From assembly GCF_036244575.1 (NCBI RefSeq), contig NZ_BTRM01000027.1: a DNA stretch of 28,171 nucleotides; one strand, written 5' to 3'. Below the pieces are notes generated by a model that saw only the letters and a list, made by a program, of their open reading frames with translations, ran no database searches and was not told the origin of the DNA. The translations under genes and the position numbers were made by a program. Origin of the DNA: Aerococcus viridans. GTDB taxonomy: Bacteria; Bacillota; Bacilli; Lactobacillales; Aerococcaceae. Positions 8,509 to 16,992 of this stretch are shown here, in pieces. The number at the start of each line of letters is the position of its first letter. Position 1 is the stretch's first letter.

Positions 8509-8557
8509 AACGGCTCGTTCTTACACGGTAGACTTAATACCGTAAGAACGAGCCGTT
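8509..8557 (+). terminator. Long perfect hairpin with a U-rich tail between vanS and vanH
   Basis: AACGGCTCGTTCTTAC (8509-8524) pairs with GTAAGAACGAGCCGTT (8542-8557). The stem extends inward (ACGGT/ACCGT) and is followed by TTCGTTCTT. Confidence 0.6.
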
Positions 8558-8644
8558 TTCGTTCTTCAGAGAAAGATTTGACAAGATTACCATTGGCATC
8601 CCCGTTTTATTTGGTGCCTTTCACAGAAAGGGTTGGTCTTAATT

Positions 8645-9613
8645 ATGAATAACATCGGCATTACTGTTTATGGATGTGAGCAGGATGAGGCAGATGCATT
8701 CCATGCTCTTTCGCCTCGCTTTGGCGTTATGGCAACGATAATTAACGCCAACGTGTCGGAATCCAACGCCAAATCCGCGCCTTTCAATCAATGTATCAGT
8801 GTGGGACATAAATCAGAGATTTCCGCCTCTATTCTTCTTGCGCTGAAGAGAGCCGGTGTGAAATATATTTCTACCCGAAGCATCGGCTGCAATCATATAG
8901 ATACAACTGCTGCTAAGAGAATGGGCATCACTGTCGACAATGTGGCGTACTCGCCGGATAGCGTTGCCGATTATACTATGATGCTAATTCTTATGGCAGT
9001 ACGCAACGTAAAATCGATTGTGCGCTCTGTGGAAAAACATGATTTCAGGTTGGACAGCGACCGTGGCAAGGTACTCAGCGACATGACAGTTGGTGTGGTG
9101 GGAACGGGCCAGATAGGCAAAGCGGTTATTGAGCGGCTGCGAGGATTTGGATGTAAAGTGTTGGCTTATAGTCGCAGCCGAAGTATAGAGGTAAACTATG
9201 TACCGTTTGATGAGTTGCTGCAAAATAGCGATATCGTTACGCTTCATGTGCCGCTCAATACGGATACGCACTATATTATCAGCCACGAACAAATACAGAG
9301 AATGAAGCAAGGAGCATTTCTTATCAATACTGGGCGCGGTCCACTTGTAGATACCTATGAGTTGGTTAAAGCATTAGAAAACGGGAAACTGGGCGGTGCC
9401 GCATTGGATGTATTGGAAGGAGAGGAAGAGTTTTTCTACTCTGATTGCACCCAAAAACCAATTGATAATCAATTTTTACTTAAACTTCAAAGAATGCCTA
9501 ACGTGATAATCACACCGCATACGGCCTATTATACCGAGCAAGCGTTGCGTGATACCGTTGAAAAAACCATTAAAAACTGTTTGGATTTTGAAAGGAGACA
9601 GGAGCATGAATAG
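8645..9613 (+). CDS. vanH: VanH D-lactate (D-2-hydroxyacid) dehydrogenase, 322 aa
   Basis: ATG at 8645 gives MNNIGITVYGCEQDEA...; the NAD-binding motif GVVGTGQIGKAV is present. The gene overlaps the vanA start by 8 nt. Confidence 0.97.
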   Translation: MNNIGITVYGCEQDEADAFHALSPRFGVMATIINANVSESNAKSAPFNQCISVGHKSEISASILLALKRAGVKYISTRSIGCNHIDTTAAKRMGITVDNVAYSPDSVADYTMMLILMAVRNVKSIVRSVEKHDFRLDSDRGKVLSDMTVGVVGTGQIGKAVIERLRGFGCKVLAYSRSRSIEVNYVPFDELLQNSDIVTLHVPLNTDTHYIISHEQIQRMKQGAFLINTGRGPLVDTYELVKALENGKLGGAALDVLEGEEEFFYSDCTQKPIDNQFLLKLQRMPNVIITPHTAYYTEQALRDTVEKTIKNCLDFERRQEHE

Positions 9614-10637
9614 AATAAAAGTTGCAATACTGTTTGGGGGTTGCTCAGATGAGCATGACGTATCGGTAAAATCTGCAATAGAGATAGCCGCTAACATTAA
9701 TAAAGAAAAATACGAGCCGTTATACATTGGAATTACGAAATCTGGTGTATGGAAAATGTGCGAAAAACCTTGCGCGGAATGGGAAAACGACAATTGCTAT
9801 TCAGCTGTACTCTCGCCGGATAAAAAAATGCACGGATTACTTGTTAAAAAGAACCATGAATATGAAATCAACCATGTTGATGTAGCATTTTCAGCTTTGC
9901 ATGGCAAGTCAGGTGAAGATGGATCCATACAAGGTCTGTTTGAATTGTCCGGTATCCCTTTTGTAGGCTGCGATATTCAAAGCTCAGCAATTTGTATGGA
10001 CAAATCGTTGACATACATCGTTGCGAAAAATGCTGGGATAGCTACTCCCGCCTTTTGGGTTATTAATAAAGATGATAGGCCGGTGGCAGCTACGTTTACC
10101 TATCCTGTTTTTGTTAAGCCGGCGCGTTCAGGCTCATCCTTCGGTGTGAAAAAAGTCAATAGCGCGGACGAATTGGACTACGCAATTGAATCGGCAAGAC
10201 AATATGACAGCAAAATCTTAATTGAGCAGGCTGTTTCGGGCTGTGAGGTCGGTTGTGCGGTATTGGGAAACAGTGCCGCGTTAGTTGTTGGCGAGGTGGA
10301 CCAAATCAGGCTGCAGTACGGAATCTTTCGTATTCATCAGGAAGTCGAGCCGGAAAAAGGCTCTGAAAACGCAGTTATAACCGTTCCCGCAGACCTTTCA
10401 GCAGAGGAGCGAGGACGGATACAGGAAACGGCAAAAAAAATATATAAAGCGCTCGGCTGTAGAGGTCTAGCCCGTGTGGATATGTTTTTACAAGATAACG
10501 GCCGCATTGTACTGAACGAAGTCAATACTCTGCCCGGTTTCACGTCATACAGTCGTTATCCCCGTATGATGGCCGCTGCAGGTATTGCACTTCCCGAACT
10601 GATTGACCGCTTGATCGTATTAGCGTTAAAGGGGTGA
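9606..10637 (+). CDS. vanA: VanA D-alanine--D-lactate ligase, 343 aa
   Basis: ATG at 9606 gives MNRIKVAILFGGCS.EHDVS...; it has an ATP-grasp fold and the canonical length. The ORF-track start at 9549 is an upstream extension inside vanH. Confidence 0.97.
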   Translation: MNRIKVAILFGGCSDEHDVSVKSAIEIAANINKEKYEPLYIGITKSGVWKMCEKPCAEWENDNCYSAVLSPDKKMHGLLVKKNHEYEINHVDVAFSALHGKSGEDGSIQGLFELSGIPFVGCDIQSSAICMDKSLTYIVAKNAGIATPAFWVINKDDRPVAATFTYPVFVKPARSGSSFGVKKVNSADELDYAIESARQYDSKILIEQAVSGCEVGCAVLGNSAALVVGEVDQIRLQYGIFRIHQEVEPEKGSENAVITVPADLSAEERGRIQETAKKIYKALGCRGLARVDMFLQDNGRIVLNEVNTLPGFTSYSRYPRMMAAAGIALPELIDRLIVLALKG

Positions 10638-10642
10638 TAAGC

Positions 10643-11251
10643 ATGGAAATAGGATTTACTTTTTTAGATGAAATAGTACACGGTGTTCGTTGGGACGCTA
10701 AATATGCCACTTGGGATAATTTCACCGGAAAACCGGTTGACGGTTATGAAGTAAATCGCATTGTAGGGACATACGAGTTGGCTGAATCGCTTTTGAAGGC
10801 AAAAGAACTGGCTGCTACCCAAGGGTACGGATTGCTTCTATGGGACGGTTACCGTCCTAAGCGTGCTGTAAACTGTTTTATGCAATGGGCTGCACAGCCG
10901 GAAAATAACCTGACAAAGGAAAGTTATTATCCCAATATTGACCGAACTGAGATGATTTCAAAAGGATACGTGGCTTCAAAATCAAGCCATAGCCGCGGCA
11001 GTGCCATTGATCTTACGCTTTATCGATTAGACACGGGTGAGCTTGTACCAATGGGGAGCCGATTTGATTTTATGGATGAACGCTCTCATCATGCGGCAAA
11101 TGGAATATCATGCAATGAAGCGCAAAATCGCAGACGTTTGCGCTCCATCATGGAAAACAGTGGGTTTGAAGCATATAGCCTCGAATGGTGGCACTATGTA
11201 TTAAGAGACGAACCATACCCCAATAGCTATTTTGATTTCCCCGTTAAATAA
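10643..11251 (+). CDS. vanX: VanX D-Ala-D-Ala dipeptidase, 202 aa
   Basis: ATG at 10643 gives MEIGFTFLDEIVHGVRWDAKYATWDNFTGK...; the Zn-ligand motif SxHxxGxAxD (SSHSRGSAIDL) is present. Confidence 0.97.
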   Translation: MEIGFTFLDEIVHGVRWDAKYATWDNFTGKPVDGYEVNRIVGTYELAESLLKAKELAATQGYGLLLWDGYRPKRAVNCFMQWAAQPENNLTKESYYPNIDRTEMISKGYVASKSSHSRGSAIDLTLYRLDTGELVPMGSRFDFMDERSHHAANGISCNEAQNRRRLRSIMENSGFEAYSLEWWHYVLRDEPYPNSYFDFPVK

Positions 11252-11583
11252 ACTTTTAACCGTTGCACGGACAAACTATATAAGCTAACTCTTTCGGCAG
11301 GAAACCCGACGTATGTAACTGGTTCTTAGGGAATTTATATATAGTAGATAGTATTGAAGATGTAAGGCAGAGCGATATTGCGGTCATTATCTGCGTGCGC
11401 TGCGGCAAGATAGCCTGATAATAAGACTGATCGCATAGAGGGGTGGTATTTCACACCGCCCATTGTCAACAGGCAGTTCAGCCTCGTTAAATTCAGCATG
11501 GGTATCACTTATGAAAATTCATCTACATTGGTGATAATAGTAAATCCAGTAGGGCGAAATAATTGACTGTAATTTACGGGGCA

Positions 11584-11617
11584 AAACGGCACAATCTCAA
11601 ACGAGATTGTGCCGTTT
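11584..11617 (+). other. Perfect 15-bp stem-loop in the vanX-vanY intergenic region
   Basis: AAACGGCACAATCTC (11584-11598), loop AAAC, GAGATTGTGCCGTTT (11603-11617). No clear U-tract follows. Confidence 0.5.
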
Positions 11618-11678
11618 AAGGGGAAGATTCTAGAAATATTTCATACTTCCAACTATATAGTTAAGGAGGAGACTGAAA

Positions 11679-12590
11679 ATGAAGAAGTTGTTTTTTTTAT
11701 TGTTATTGTTATTCTTAATATACTTAGGTTATGACTACGTTAATGAAGCACTGTTTTCTCAGGAAAAAGTCGAATTTCAAAATTATGATCAAAATCCCAA
11801 AGAACATTTAGAAAATAGTGGGACTTCTGAAAATACCCAAGAGAAAACAATTACAGAAGAACAGGTTTATCAAGGAAATCTGCTATTAATCAATAGTAAA
11901 TATCCTCTTCGCCAAGAAAGTGTGAAGTCAGATATCGTGAATTTATCTAAACATGACGAATTAATAAATGGATACGGGTTGCTTGATAGTAATATTTATA
12001 TGTCAAAAGAAATAGCACAAAAATTTTCAGAGATGGTCAATGATGCTGTAAAGGGTGGCGTTAGTCATTTTATTATTAATAGTGGCTATCGAGACTTTGA
12101 TGAGCAAAGTGTGCTTTACCAAGAAATGGGGGCTGAGTATGCCTTACCAGCAGGTTATAGTGAGCATAATTCAGGTTTATCACTAGATGTAGGATCAAGC
12201 TTGACGAAAATGGAACGAGCCCCTGAAGGAAAGTGGATAGAAGAAAATGCTTGGAAATACGGGTTCATTTTACGTTATCCAGAGGACAAAACAGAGTTAA
12301 CAGGAATTCAATATGAACCATGGCATATTCGCTATGTTGGTTTACCACATAGTGCGATTATGAAAGAAAAGAATTTCGTTCTCGAGGAATATATGGATTA
12401 CCTAAAAGAAGAAAAAACCATTTCTGTTAGTGTAAATGGGGAAAAATATGAGATCTTTTATTATCCTGTTACTAAAAATACCACCATTCATGTGCCGACT
12501 AATCTTCGTTATGAGATATCAGGAAACAATATAGACGGTGTAATTGTGACAGTGTTTCCCGGATCAACACATACTAATTCAAGGAGGTAA
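11679..12590 (+). CDS. vanY: VanY D,D-carboxypeptidase, 303 aa
   Basis: N-terminal membrane anchor (MKKLFFLLLLLFLIYLG), the SxHxxGxAxD-type motif (SEHNSGLSLDV), and AGGAGG upstream. Confidence 0.97.
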   Translation: MKKLFFLLLLLFLIYLGYDYVNEALFSQEKVEFQNYDQNPKEHLENSGTSENTQEKTITEEQVYQGNLLLINSKYPLRQESVKSDIVNLSKHDELINGYGLLDSNIYMSKEIAQKFSEMVNDAVKGGVSHFIINSGYRDFDEQSVLYQEMGAEYALPAGYSEHNSGLSLDVGSSLTKMERAPEGKWIEENAWKYGFILRYPEDKTELTGIQYEPWHIRYVGLPHSAIMKEKNFVLEEYMDYLKEEKTISVSVNGEKYEIFYYPVTKNTTIHVPTNLRYEISGNNIDGVIVTVFPGSTHTNSRR

Positions 12591-12742
12591 GGATGGCGGA
12601 ATGAAACCAACGAAATTAATGAACAGCATTATTGTACTAGCACTTTTGGGGTAACGTTAGCTTTTTAATTTAAAACCCACGTTAACTAGGACATTGCTAT
12701 ACTAATGATACAACTTAAACAAAAGAATTAGAGGAAATTATA

Positions 12743-13228
12743 TTGGGAAAAATATTATCTAGAGGATTGCTAGCTTTATATTTAGTGACACTAATCTGGT
12801 TAGTGTTATTCAAATTACAATACAATATTTTATCAGTATTTAATTATCATCAAAGAAGTCTTAACTTGACTCCATTTACTGCTACTGGGAATTTCAGAGA
12901 GATGATAGATAATGTTATAATCTTTATTCCATTTGGCTTGCTTTTGAATGTCAATTTTAAAGAAATCGGATTTTTACCTAAGTTTGCTTTTGTACTGGTT
13001 TTAAGTCTTACTTTTGAAATAATTCAATTTATCTTCGCTATTGGAGCGACAGACATAACAGATGTAATTACAAATACTGTTGGAGGCTTTCTTGGACTGA
13101 AATTATATGGTTTAAGCAATAAGCATATGAATCAAAAAAAATTAGACAGAGTTATTATTTTTGTAGGTATACTTTTGCTCGTATTATTGCTCGTTTACCG
13201 TACCCATTTAAGAATAAATTACGTGTAA
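12743..13228 (+). CDS. vanZ: VanZ (teicoplanin resistance-associated membrane protein), 161 aa, TTG start
   Basis: A multi-TM 161-aa ORF that is the last gene before IRR, as in Tn1546. Confidence 0.95.
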   Translation: MGKILSRGLLALYLVTLIWLVLFKLQYNILSVFNYHQRSLNLTPFTATGNFREMIDNVIIFIPFGLLLNVNFKEIGFLPKFAFVLVLSLTFEIIQFIFAIGATDITDVITNTVGGFLGLKLYGLSNKHMNQKKLDRVIIFVGILLLVLLLVYRTHLRINYV

Positions 13229-13440
13229 GATGTCTAAATCAAGCAATCTGATCTTTCATACACATAAAGATATTGAATGAATTGGATTAGATGGAAAACG
13301 GGATGTGGGGAAACTCGCCCGTAGGTGTGAAGTGAGGGGAAAACCGGTGATAAAGTAAAAAGCTTACCTAACACTATAGTAACAAAGAAAGCCCAATTAT
13401 CAATTTTAGTGCTGAGGAATTGGTCTCTTTAATAAATTTC

Positions 13441-13478
13441 CTTAACGTTGTAAATCCGCATTTTCCTGACGGTACCCC
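13441..13478 (-). repeat. Tn1546 right terminal inverted repeat (38 bp)
   Basis: The reverse complement is GGGGTACCGTCAGGAAAATGCGGATTTACAACGTTAAG, 36 of 38 identical to IRL. Confidence 0.95.
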
Positions 13479-13483
13479 TATTA
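13479..13483. repeat. Right copy of the 5-bp target-site duplication (TATTA) of Tn1546
   Basis: It lies immediately outside IRR and is identical to 2623-2627. Confidence 0.9.
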
Positions 13484-13552
13484 GGAATTCCTGCCTAGTC
13501 TATCGTTAGAAATATTCAAATGCAATCGATTTTTAAACTTTGCAACACAGCC
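13484..13552 (+). mobile_element. IS1216-like element, right 69 bp (last transposase codons plus right IR)
   Basis: GGA ATT CCT GCC TAG completes the transposase frame (..KGLL|GIPA*). AAACTTTGCAACACAGCC (13535-13552) is the inverted counterpart of the left IR (15 of 18). Confidence 0.8.
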
Positions 13553-13586
13553 TTTAACTTTCTTTATGGCTACTTTAACTCCCATC

Positions 13587-13616
13587 AAAAAAGAGTGGAA
13601 ATCTCCACTCTTTTTT
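13587..13616. terminator. Bidirectional rho-independent terminator downstream of the hydrolase gene
   Basis: An A-run, then AGAGTGGA (13592-13599), loop AATC, TCCACTCT (13604-13611), then a T-run. Confidence 0.75.
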
Positions 13617-13627
13617 GGTGCACTGAT

Positions 13628-15064
13628 CTAGTTTTTATTATACTCAGTAAACAAACTTCCAATTAATGGCTGTCCATCCGAAAAGAGGCAATCTTGTTCA
13701 TCTTGGAAAGTGACAAATGTAAAGACACGTTCTCCTTTATTCAGGTAAACTTCAACAAACGAATTATCAACAAAAATGTCGACTTCTTTTAATGTCTTGA
13801 TTTCTGCAAATCTCAAGAATCCGCAGCTTGGATCAATCGTTTTTTGTAAGCCTGACCGTGATAAAGAGGCTAATCCTGCTTTTTTATCGTACATAAATTC
13901 CCAATAATCGTGTTTTTGACCCACTTTAAAGTTGAAATTTTGAGTTAGATTAACACGATAATTCCGACTAGAAGTCATTAATTCGTCCGTTTCAAAATGG
14001 TGTTGTTCATCAAACACATCCACTATATTTTGGGCAGGATAACGCTTTAGTTGCCCTTTATTAAGAGATAAAACCTGAGTATAGCTTAGGCCGTGTTTCC
14101 ATTTCTCAGCGACTGGATATGCTGGTTCTCCACAGCCAAACCATGCCGTCATTAAAGGCGTATGATTTTTCCCATAAAAAGCTTGTGGTGCATAAAAATC
14201 AAATCCAGAATCTAATTCATCCCAATCGTCCACTAGAAATTTTAAATTCTCTACCTCTAAATGTCCCACTAAGTAGACAGTTGCAAAACGATTCTTAAAA
14301 TTATGCTCTGTTGGTTTAATTCCCATTGGGGATAAAAATAATACATCTTTACCTTCTATTGTGATTAAACTTGGGCATTCCAACATATACCCCTTATCAA
14401 TTGGTAAATCGACTTCACCTTGGTACTCCCAATTGATTAAATCTTGACTCTTATACAACAAGAGTACTCCTTCATCACCAAACTTTTGTTTCACTTCTGG
14501 ATGATTTATTTTGCTACCACCCAATAGCATATAAAAACTATCCTGACGTCTAAATACAAAAGGATCACGAAGTTCGCCAGATAAACCGGTTGGAAAATGA
14601 TCAAGGATAGGCTTATCTCTTTTAGTAATCTTACCTTCTTTGTCCATAATCGCAAGTCCCTGTTTTGGTAACTTACCATTCTCTACTTTGTAATTAGCTG
14701 TGTAAAACAAATACAATTTCCCATCATATTCAAGTGCATTTCCAGAATAACAGCCATTTTTTTCAAATTCTTGATCTGGAATCAATGCAAAGTCTTGGTC
14801 TGACCAATTGACTAAATCAGTTGAACTAGTATGGCCCCAATGTTTTAGGCCGTGTAAGGTATCAAAGGGATACCATTGGAAAAAAAAGTGATATTTTCCA
14901 TTGTAATAGGCTAATCCATTCGGATCATTCATAAGTCCTACTTTGGGATAGATATGGTACTTAGGTCGATATTGGCTCTTTTGAACTTCCTTTATTTGTT
15001 TGTCTAATGTCTCTTTTTCACTTGTTTGATAATATCTTTCCGTAAACTTTTTAGGTTCTGTCAT
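13628..15064 (-). CDS. scrB: Sucrose-6-phosphate hydrolase (glycoside hydrolase family 32), 478 aa
   Basis: GH32 signature motifs are present: MNDPNG, RDP (ELRDPFV) and EC (MLECPSL). GGAGG lies upstream, and the gene sits immediately downstream of a PTS EIIBC gene. Confidence 0.9.
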   Translation of the reverse strand: MTEPKKFTERYYQTSEKETLDKQIKEVQKSQYRPKYHIYPKVGLMNDPNGLAYYNGKYHFFFQWYPFDTLHGLKHWGHTSSTDLVNWSDQDFALIPDQEFEKNGCYSGNALEYDGKLYLFYTANYKVENGKLPKQGLAIMDKEGKITKRDKPILDHFPTGLSGELRDPFVFRRQDSFYMLLGGSKINHPEVKQKFGDEGVLLLYKSQDLINWEYQGEVDLPIDKGYMLECPSLITIEGKDVLFLSPMGIKPTEHNFKNRFATVYLVGHLEVENLKFLVDDWDELDSGFDFYAPQAFYGKNHTPLMTAWFGCGEPAYPVAEKWKHGLSYTQVLSLNKGQLKRYPAQNIVDVFDEQHHFETDELMTSSRNYRVNLTQNFNFKVGQKHDYWEFMYDKKAGLASLSRSGLQKTIDPSCGFLRFAEIKTLKEVDIFVDNSFVEVYLNKGERVFTFVTFQDEQDCLFSDGQPLIGSLFTEYNKN

Positions 15065-15103
15065 TATTAGCCTCCTTTAGAGGGTTATTTCAAGTTAAAC
15101 TTC

Positions 15104-16528
15104 CTATATTTCTGCACCCTTAACACCTTTAACTTTGTTATAAACCACTAACAAGAGAATCGGAATGAGGGTCGCTAAAGCACAACCAATAACATAATGA
15201 ATCATCGTTGGTGGGTTAACAATTGTGACACCTGGAATACCAGTTAGACCAAAACCTAACGCTTTAACATCTAATAATTTCATGTAAACTCCACCGCTAA
15301 AAGCTCCGACTACACCCATTAAGAATGGAATGATAGAGTCTTTCAAGTTGACTGCAAAGATGGCTGGCTCACTGACACCAACTAGTGTAGGAATAAAACT
15401 TGAGACAGTTATTTCTCGTCTTTTTGACCCTTTCTTAGCTAAGAAGAACATTCCTAATGCTGCACCACCCTGTGACATAATTGATACAGCCCATAAAGGT
15501 TGAATATAGTTAAAACCAGTCTGAGCAATCAACTGAGCTTCTATTGAACCGATCAAGTGATGAGTTCCTGTAATTACTAGTGGTTGCAATAAAGCAGCAA
15601 ATAACCCTGCTCCCAATAATCCAGCTTTAACATATAAAAAGTCAGCTGCTGTTCCAATCGCTACTGCGACCATATCACCTAGTGGCCCAAAGACTAAGAA
15701 TAAAGCTAGAGCAGACACTAAGATAGTAATAGCCGGAACCACAATAAAGGTTAACATTTGTGGTGTATGTTTGCTGACAAATTTTTCGAATTTTGCCATG
15801 AAGAGTGAACTTAGAATTGCTGGAAATATACCGCCTTGAAAGGCAACTTGTGGAACTTGGTACCCAAAGAAATCCCAAAACTCTACATTGTCTAATGTTC
15901 CTTGAACATATTCAAAACGATTACCTAAGTCAGGATGAACTAACATTAACCCAAGGATGATCCCGAAAACAGGATTTCCACCAAAGCGTTTTGTCGCCGA
16001 ATAGGCCACAAAAACAGGCAGAAAACTGAGCCCTGTTGATATCATATTTAAAAAACTAGCAATATCAGCAGCCCACTTATACTGGTCAGCCAAACTACCT
16101 TCAAGACCAAATACTCCGGTCGTCATAAAAATAGCTCTAATACCTAAAAGCATCGCACTACCAACAATGGCAGGAATCAACGTCACGAAGATATCTGAAA
16201 AAGCTTTAAAGAATTCGAATAATTTATCTTTCCAGTTTTGTGGTGCTTTGGCTTTCACTGCATCAGTTGAGGCAAGGTCATCTTTAGGACTGTCTTTCAC
16301 AAATTCCTCGTAAACTCGATCAACAGTACCAGTTCCAAACACAATTTGTAACTGACCTTTATTAAAGAAAACGCCTTTGGTGCCTTCTATTTCTTCTAAC
16401 TTATCTTGATCATAATTGTTCTCTTTTAAAACTAAACGCAAGCGAGTGACACAATGCGTGGCGCTTTCGACATTACTCCTACCACCAATGGCATCAAGAA
16501 TATCTGACACAATTTTTTTGTAATTCAT
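15104..16528 (-). CDS. scrA: PTS sucrose-family EIIBC component, 474 aa
   Basis: The N-terminal EIIB domain has the phosphorylatable Cys motif (ATHCVTRLRL). It is followed by a polytopic EIIC domain. RBS is AGGAGA. Confidence 0.88.
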   Translation of the reverse strand: MNYKKIVSDILDAIGGRSNVESATHCVTRLRLVLKENNYDQDKLEEIEGTKGVFFNKGQLQIVFGTGTVDRVYEEFVKDSPKDDLASTDAVKAKAPQNWKDKLFEFFKAFSDIFVTLIPAIVGSAMLLGIRAIFMTTGVFGLEGSLADQYKWAADIASFLNMISTGLSFLPVFVAYSATKRFGGNPVFGIILGLMLVHPDLGNRFEYVQGTLDNVEFWDFFGYQVPQVAFQGGIFPAILSSLFMAKFEKFVSKHTPQMLTFIVVPAITILVSALALFLVFGPLGDMVAVAIGTAADFLYVKAGLLGAGLFAALLQPLVITGTHHLIGSIEAQLIAQTGFNYIQPLWAVSIMSQGGAALGMFFLAKKGSKRREITVSSFIPTLVGVSEPAIFAVNLKDSIIPFLMGVVGAFSGGVYMKLLDVKALGFGLTGIPGVTIVNPPTMIHYVIGCALATLIPILLLVVYNKVKGVKGAEI

Positions 16529-16671
16529 ACCGTTTCTCCTTTTTTGTTAGACTAGTTATTCTAAGGTATTTGCTGCGATAGCACTGAAGCAGTCATCAGT
16601 TCCACAGAATGTGCAAATATCGATTAATAAAGATGATTCAGTTAGTATAAGAGGCCAACTTTTATACTCTT

Positions 16672-16709
16672 CATTATACTTGGAACGTTCCAAATTGCAA
16701 GCGTTCTCA
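16672..16709 (-). promoter_or_regulatory. Promoter of the PTS-hydrolase operon with an embedded LacI-type operator and a cre-like box
   Basis: On the minus strand: TTGCAA (16695-16700), 16 to 17 nt, TATAAT (16672-16677). The 14-bp perfect palindrome TTGGAACGTTCCAA (16680-16693) fills the spacer. TGCAAGCGTTCTCA (16696-16709) is one mismatch from the cre consensus TGWAANCGNTNWCA. Confidence 0.6.
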
Positions 16710-16736
16710 TTAAATAAACTACTTTTTATCATTCAA

Positions 16737-16777
16737 TCTTTACAAGCTATTCTTTACAAAGCACTCTTTACAAGCTA
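16737..16777. repeat. Three direct 13-14-bp repeats (TCTTTACAARGCW) with exact 14-bp phasing
   Basis: Units start at 16737, 16751 and 16765, just upstream (minus-strand sense) of the PTS promoter. Confidence 0.8.
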
Positions 16778-16906
16778 ATCTTTTAAACTTTATTTTTGTG
16801 TTTTAGACCTAAAACGGTTTGTTCAATGGTAAACTGCTAAATTGTGGACTGTTTAACTCTAGATTAAAGCACAATAAACTATAGCAAGCAGTGGTCTAAG
16901 CTCAGC

Positions 16907-16937
16907 AAAAAAGCTATCACCCAAAACGGTAATAGCT
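16907..16937 (-). terminator. Terminator-like hairpin downstream of the LacI-family gene
   Basis: AGCTATCAC (16912-16920) pairs with GGTAATAGCT (16928-16937) imperfectly. On the minus strand a T-run follows (plus-strand A-run 16907-16912). Confidence 0.5.
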
Positions 16938-16992
16938 AAAAAGTCTGGTATTTTCTCCTCATGTCTTGCGTTTTCAAAACGCATCCCTACCT

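Larger units (their letters stand above)
2628..13478 (+). mobile_element. Tn1546 (Tn3 family, VanA glycopeptide resistance transposon), complete
   Basis: 38-bp imperfect terminal IRs bound a 10,851-bp element, which is the published Tn1546 length. The canonical gene order is present with canonical protein lengths: 988, 191, 231, 384, 322, 343, 202, 303 and 161 aa. No IS insertions or deletions are evident. Confidence 0.97.

Noticed and set aside
8043-10725. Minus-strand ORFs inside vanS, vanH, vanA and vanX (8043..8237, 8984..9310, 9476..9793, 10337..10543, 10540..10725)
   Set aside because: They are antisense to well-defined van genes. These are typical spurious ORFs in the more GC-rich van region.
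15675-15878. Minus-strand ORF 15675..15878
   Set aside because: It is an alternative frame wholly inside the PTS EIIBC gene.
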